This document shows positions 16,951-19,940 of a stretch of 19,940 bases of DNA, in pieces. This stretch comes from a virus. The position numbers and the translations under genes were made by a program. The stretch lies in UHGV virus genome UHGV-2015158. One strand, 5' to 3'. Each line of letters starts with the position of its first letter. The stretch's first letter is position 1. The notes under the pieces are model-generated. The model was not told the origin of the DNA, did no database searches, and saw only the letters and a list, made by a program, of their open reading frames with translations.

Positions 16951-17244
16951 TTATTGTGAGCAATAGACACGCGCTTCCAGCGGAGTATAAATGCCTAAAG
17001 TAATAAAACCGAGCAATCCATTTACGAATGTTTGCTGGGTTTCTGTTTTAACAACATTTTCTGCGCCGCCACAAATTTTGGCTGCATCAACAGTTTTCTC
17101 CTGTCCAATTCCCGAAACGAAGAAGTGATGGGTGATGGTTTCCTTTGGTGTTACTGCTGTCGGTTTGTTTCCAACAGTAAACGTCTGTTGAGCACATCCT
17201 GTAATAAGCATTGCCAGAGCGGCAGAAAACAACATTTTTTTCAT
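16951..17244 (-). CDS. bor: Bor serum-resistance lipoprotein
   Basis: 97 aa from the internal Met of ORF 16951..17292 (MKKMLFSAALAMLITGCAQQTFTVGNKP...EARVYCSQ); matches lambda Bor; lipobox ITGC. Confidence 0.9.
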   Translation of the reverse strand: MKKMLFSAALAMLITGCAQQTFTVGNKPTAVTPKETITHHFFVSGIGQEKTVDAAKICGGAENVVKTETQQTFVNGLLGFITLGIYTPLEARVYCSQ

Positions 17245-17603
17245 CTTATTATCCTGCATTGTTAAAAACGGCAGAATCCTATGTGACAACAATTAAACGA
17301 TAGTTAAATGGATTGATGAAAATTAAAACTATATAGGTGGATGCTCAGCCTATTGGAGGAGGGGGGCACTCAGAATCCTGTGGAATGAAATAAACCGCTC
17401 TTTCTGTCCATTACCCTTTTAGCTGCGCTGTATCGTCGCCGTATTCCCGCATTAACCATGACCGTAGCCCGACGGGGAATTCCTTCTGCGTGAGTGTGCG
17501 GGAATAATCAAAAACGATGCACACCGGGTTTTACTGTGCTGACAGACGCAGGGTTACCCTCATAGTCGCTTTTCCGGTGCGATGGTGGAAGAAACCGGGA
17601 TGT

Positions 17604-17798
17604 TTATTCATCATCACTTTGGATTGATGTACATGCTCTCTTTTCTGACGTTAGTCTCCGACGGCAGGCTTCAATGACCCAGGCTGAGAAATTCCCAGAC
17701 CCTTTTTGCTCAAGAGCGATGTTAATTTGTTCAATCATTTGGTTAGGAAAGCGGATGTTGCGGGTTGTTGTTCTGCGGGTTCTGTTCTTAGTTGACAT
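17604..17798 (-). CDS. ylcI: YlcI-like DUF3950 small protein
   Basis: 64 aa (MSTKNRTRRTTTRNIRFPNQMIEQINIALEQKGSGNFSAWVIEACRRRL...); resembles the DLP12 small protein located between bor and cos; from memory. Confidence 0.55.
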   Translation of the reverse strand: MSTKNRTRRTTTRNIRFPNQMIEQINIALEQKGSGNFSAWVIEACRRRLTSEKRACTSIQSDDE

Positions 17799-17959
17799 GA
17801 GGTTGCCCCGTATTCAGTGTCGCTGATTTGTATTGTCTGAAGTTGTTTTTACGTTAAGTTGATGCAGATCAATTAATACGATACCTGCGTCATAATTGAT
17901 TATTTGACGTGGTTTGATGGCGTAGATGCACGTTGTGACATGTAGATGATAATTATTAT

Positions 17960-18186
17960 CATTTTGTGGGTCCTTTCCGGCGATCCGACAGGTTACGGGG
18001 CGGCGACCTCGCGGGTTTTCGCTATTTATGAAAATTTTCCGGTTTAAGGTGTTTCCGTTCTTCTTCGTCGTAACTTAATGTATTTATTTAAAATACCCCC
18101 TGAAAAGAAAGGAAACGACAGGTGCTGAAAGCGAGCTTTTTGGCCTCTGTCGTTTCCTTTCTCTGTTTTTGTCCGTGGAATGAGCA
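17960..18186 (+). other. cos packaging site (cosQ-cosN-cosB)
   Basis: Lambda right-end sequence ...CCGACAGGTTACG is directly followed by the left-end cohesive-end sequence GGGCGGCGACCT (cosN core 17998-18009); downstream R3/R2/R1-like CGTTTCC repeats before nu1. Confidence 0.85.
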
Positions 18187-18732
18187 ATGGAAGTCAACAA
18201 AAAGCAGCTGGCTGACATTTTCGGTGCGAGTATCCGTACCATTCAGAACTGGCAGGAACAGGGAATGCCCGTTCTGCGAGGCGGTGGCAAGGGTAATGAG
18301 GTGCTTTATGACTCTGCCGCCGTTATAAGATGGTATGCCGAAAGGGATGCTGAAATTGAGAACGAAAAGCTGCGCCGGGAAGTTGAAGAACTGCGGCAGG
18401 CCAGCGAGACAGATCTCCAGCCAGGGACTATTGAGTACGAACGCCATCGACTTACGCGTGCGCAGGCCGACGCACAGGAGCTGAAAAATGCCAGAGACTC
18501 CGCTGAAGTGGTGGAAACCGCATTCTGTACTTTCGTGCTGTCGCGGATCGCAGGTGAAATTGCCAGTATTCTCGACGGGATCCCCCTGTCGGTGCAGCGG
18601 CGTTTTCCGGAACTGGAAAACCGACATGTTGATTTCCTGAAACGGGATATCATCAAAGCCATGAACAAAGCAGCCGCGCTGGATGAACTGATACCGGGGT
18701 TGCTGAGTGAATATATCGAACAGTCAGGTTAA
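18187..18732 (+). CDS. nu1: terminase small subunit Nu1
   Basis: 181 aa, begins MEVNKKQLADIFGASIRTIQNWQEQGMPVLRGGGKGNEVLYDSAAVIRWYAERDAEIENEKLRREVEELRQ; matches lambda Nu1. Confidence 0.95.
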   Translation: MEVNKKQLADIFGASIRTIQNWQEQGMPVLRGGGKGNEVLYDSAAVIRWYAERDAEIENEKLRREVEELRQASETDLQPGTIEYERHRLTRAQADAQELKNARDSAEVVETAFCTFVLSRIAGEIASILDGIPLSVQRRFPELENRHVDFLKRDIIKAMNKAAALDELIPGLLSEYIEQSG

Positions 18733-19940
18733 CAGGCTGCGGCATTTTGTCCGCGCCGGGCTTCGCTCACTGTTCAGGCCGGAGCCACAGACCGCCGTTG
18801 AATGGGCGGATGCTAATTACTATCTCCCGAAAGAATCCGCATACCAGGAAGGGCGCTGGGAAACACTGCCCTTTCAGCGGGCCATCATGAATGCGATGGG
18901 CAGCGACTACATCCGTGAGGTGAATGTGGTGAAGTCTGCCCGTGTCGGTTATTCCAAAATGCTGCTGGGTGTTTATGCCTACTTTATAGAGCATAAGCAG
19001 CGCAACACCCTTATCTGGTTGCCGACGGATGGTGATGCCGAGAACTTTATGAAAACCCACGTTGAGCCGACTATTCGTGATATTCCGTCGCTGCTGGCGC
19101 TGGCCCCGTGGTATGGCAAAAAGCACCGGGATAACACGCTCACCATGAAGCGTTTCACTAATGGGCGTGGCTTCTGGTGCCTGGGCGGTAAAGCGGCAAA
19201 AAACTACCGTGAAAAGTCGGTGGATGTGGCGGGTTATGATGAACTTGCTGCTTTTGATGATGATATTGAACAGGAAGGCTCTCCGACGTTCCTGGGTGAC
19301 AAGCGTATTGAAGGCTCGGTCTGGCCAAAGTCCATCCGTGGCTCCACGCCAAAAGTGAGAGGCACCTGTCAGATTGAGCGTGCAGCCAGTGAATCCCCGC
19401 ATTTTATGCGTTTTCATGTTGCCTGCCCGCATTGCGGGGAGGAGCAGTATCTTAAATTTGGCGACAAAGAGACGCCGTTTGGCCTCAAATGGACGCCGGA
19501 TGACCCCTCCAGCGTGTTTTATCTCTGCGAGCATAATGCCTGCGTCATCCGCCAGCAGGAGCTGGACTTTACTGATGCCCGTTATATCTGCGAAAAGACC
19601 GGGATCTGGACCCGTGATGGCATTCTCTGGTTTTCGTCATCCGGTGAAGAGATTGAGCCACCTGACAGTGTGACCTTTCACATCTGGACAGCGTACAGCC
19701 CGTTCACCACCTGGGTGCAGATTGTCAAAGACTGGATGAAAACGAAAGGGGATACGGGAAAACGTAAAACCTTCGTAAACACCACGCTCGGTGAGACGTG
19801 GGAGGCGAAAATTGGCGAACGTCCGGATGCTGAAGTGATGGCAGAGCGGAAAGAGCATTATTCAGCGCCCGTTCCTGACCGTGTGGCTTACCTGACCGCC
19901 GGTATCGACTCCCAGCTGGACCGCTACGAAATGCGCGTAT
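18707..19940 (+). CDS. A: terminase large subunit A (5' part, runs off window end)
   Basis: Hand-translated open frame from GTG 18707 (overlapping the nu1 3' end) to the window end: MNISNSQVNRLRHFVRAGLRSLFRPEPQTAVEWADANYYLPKESAYQEGRWETLPF...; matches lambda gpA. Absent from the ORF track because no stop lies in the window. Confidence 0.9.
   Translation, partial: MNISNSQVNRLRHFVRAGLRSLFRPEPQTAVEWADANYYLPKESAYQEGRWETLPFQRAIMNAMGSDYIREVNVVKSARVGYSKMLLGVYAYFIEHKQRNTLIWLPTDGDAENFMKTHVEPTIRDIPSLLALAPWYGKKHRDNTLTMKRFTNGRGFWCLGGKAAKNYREKSVDVAGYDELAAFDDDIEQEGSPTFLGDKRIEGSVWPKSIRGSTPKVRGTCQIERAASESPHFMRFHVACPHCGEEQYLKFGDKETPFGLKWTPDDPSSVFYLCEHNACVIRQQELDFTDARYICEKTGIWTRDGILWFSSSGEEIEPPDSVTFHIWTAYSPFTTWVQIVKDWMKTKGDTGKRKTFVNTTLGETWEAKIGERPDAEVMAERKEHYSAPVPDRVAYLTAGIDSQLDRYEMRV

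Noticed and set aside
18088-18627. 179-aa ORF on the minus strand (also 18306..18668 minus)
   Set aside because: Lies antisense within nu1, whose product matches lambda Nu1 over its full length; shadow ORFs in GC-rich coding sequence.
18767-19534. 255-aa ORF on the minus strand
   Set aside because: Antisense to terminase large subunit A, which is open and lambda-like on the plus strand through the window end; no RBS or family support.
1-19940. CRISPR array, integrase or attachment site
   Set aside because: No spaced direct-repeat array is present (the only iterated repeats are the ori iterons and cosB sites), and the window begins inside the early-left operon, so int, xis and att would lie outside it.

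Overview
This window is a near-complete early-to-late stretch of a lambda-like (lambdoid) temperate phage or prophage from an enterobacterial host, read entirely by eye against remembered lambda, P22, phage 21 and DLP12 proteins (no searches were run). Left to right: small early-left ORFs and a TraR-like zinc finger; exo-bet-gam-kil-cIII-ea10 (minus strand); sieB; a P22-type N with nutL; an unrecognised 299-aa membrane protein exactly where lambda carries rexA/rexB; a non-lambda cI/cro immunity pair; cII, O (with ori iterons), P, ren; a nin region with ninB, an orphan Dam-like methyltransferase, ninE, rusA, ylcG and a DLP12-type Q; a 3-kb cargo island (lipocalin, DUF523/DUF1722 protein, AraC-family regulator) where Stx phages carry toxin genes; a phage-21-type lysis cassette (pinholin, SAR endolysin, Rz/Rz1); bor; cos; and terminase Nu1 plus the 5' part of A running off the window end. 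The strongest candidate for something undescribed is the 299-aa gene at 5609..6508, which I propose as a lysogen-expressed exclusion/defence gene on positional grounds only. No rRNA, tRNA, CRISPR array, integrase or att site was seen.
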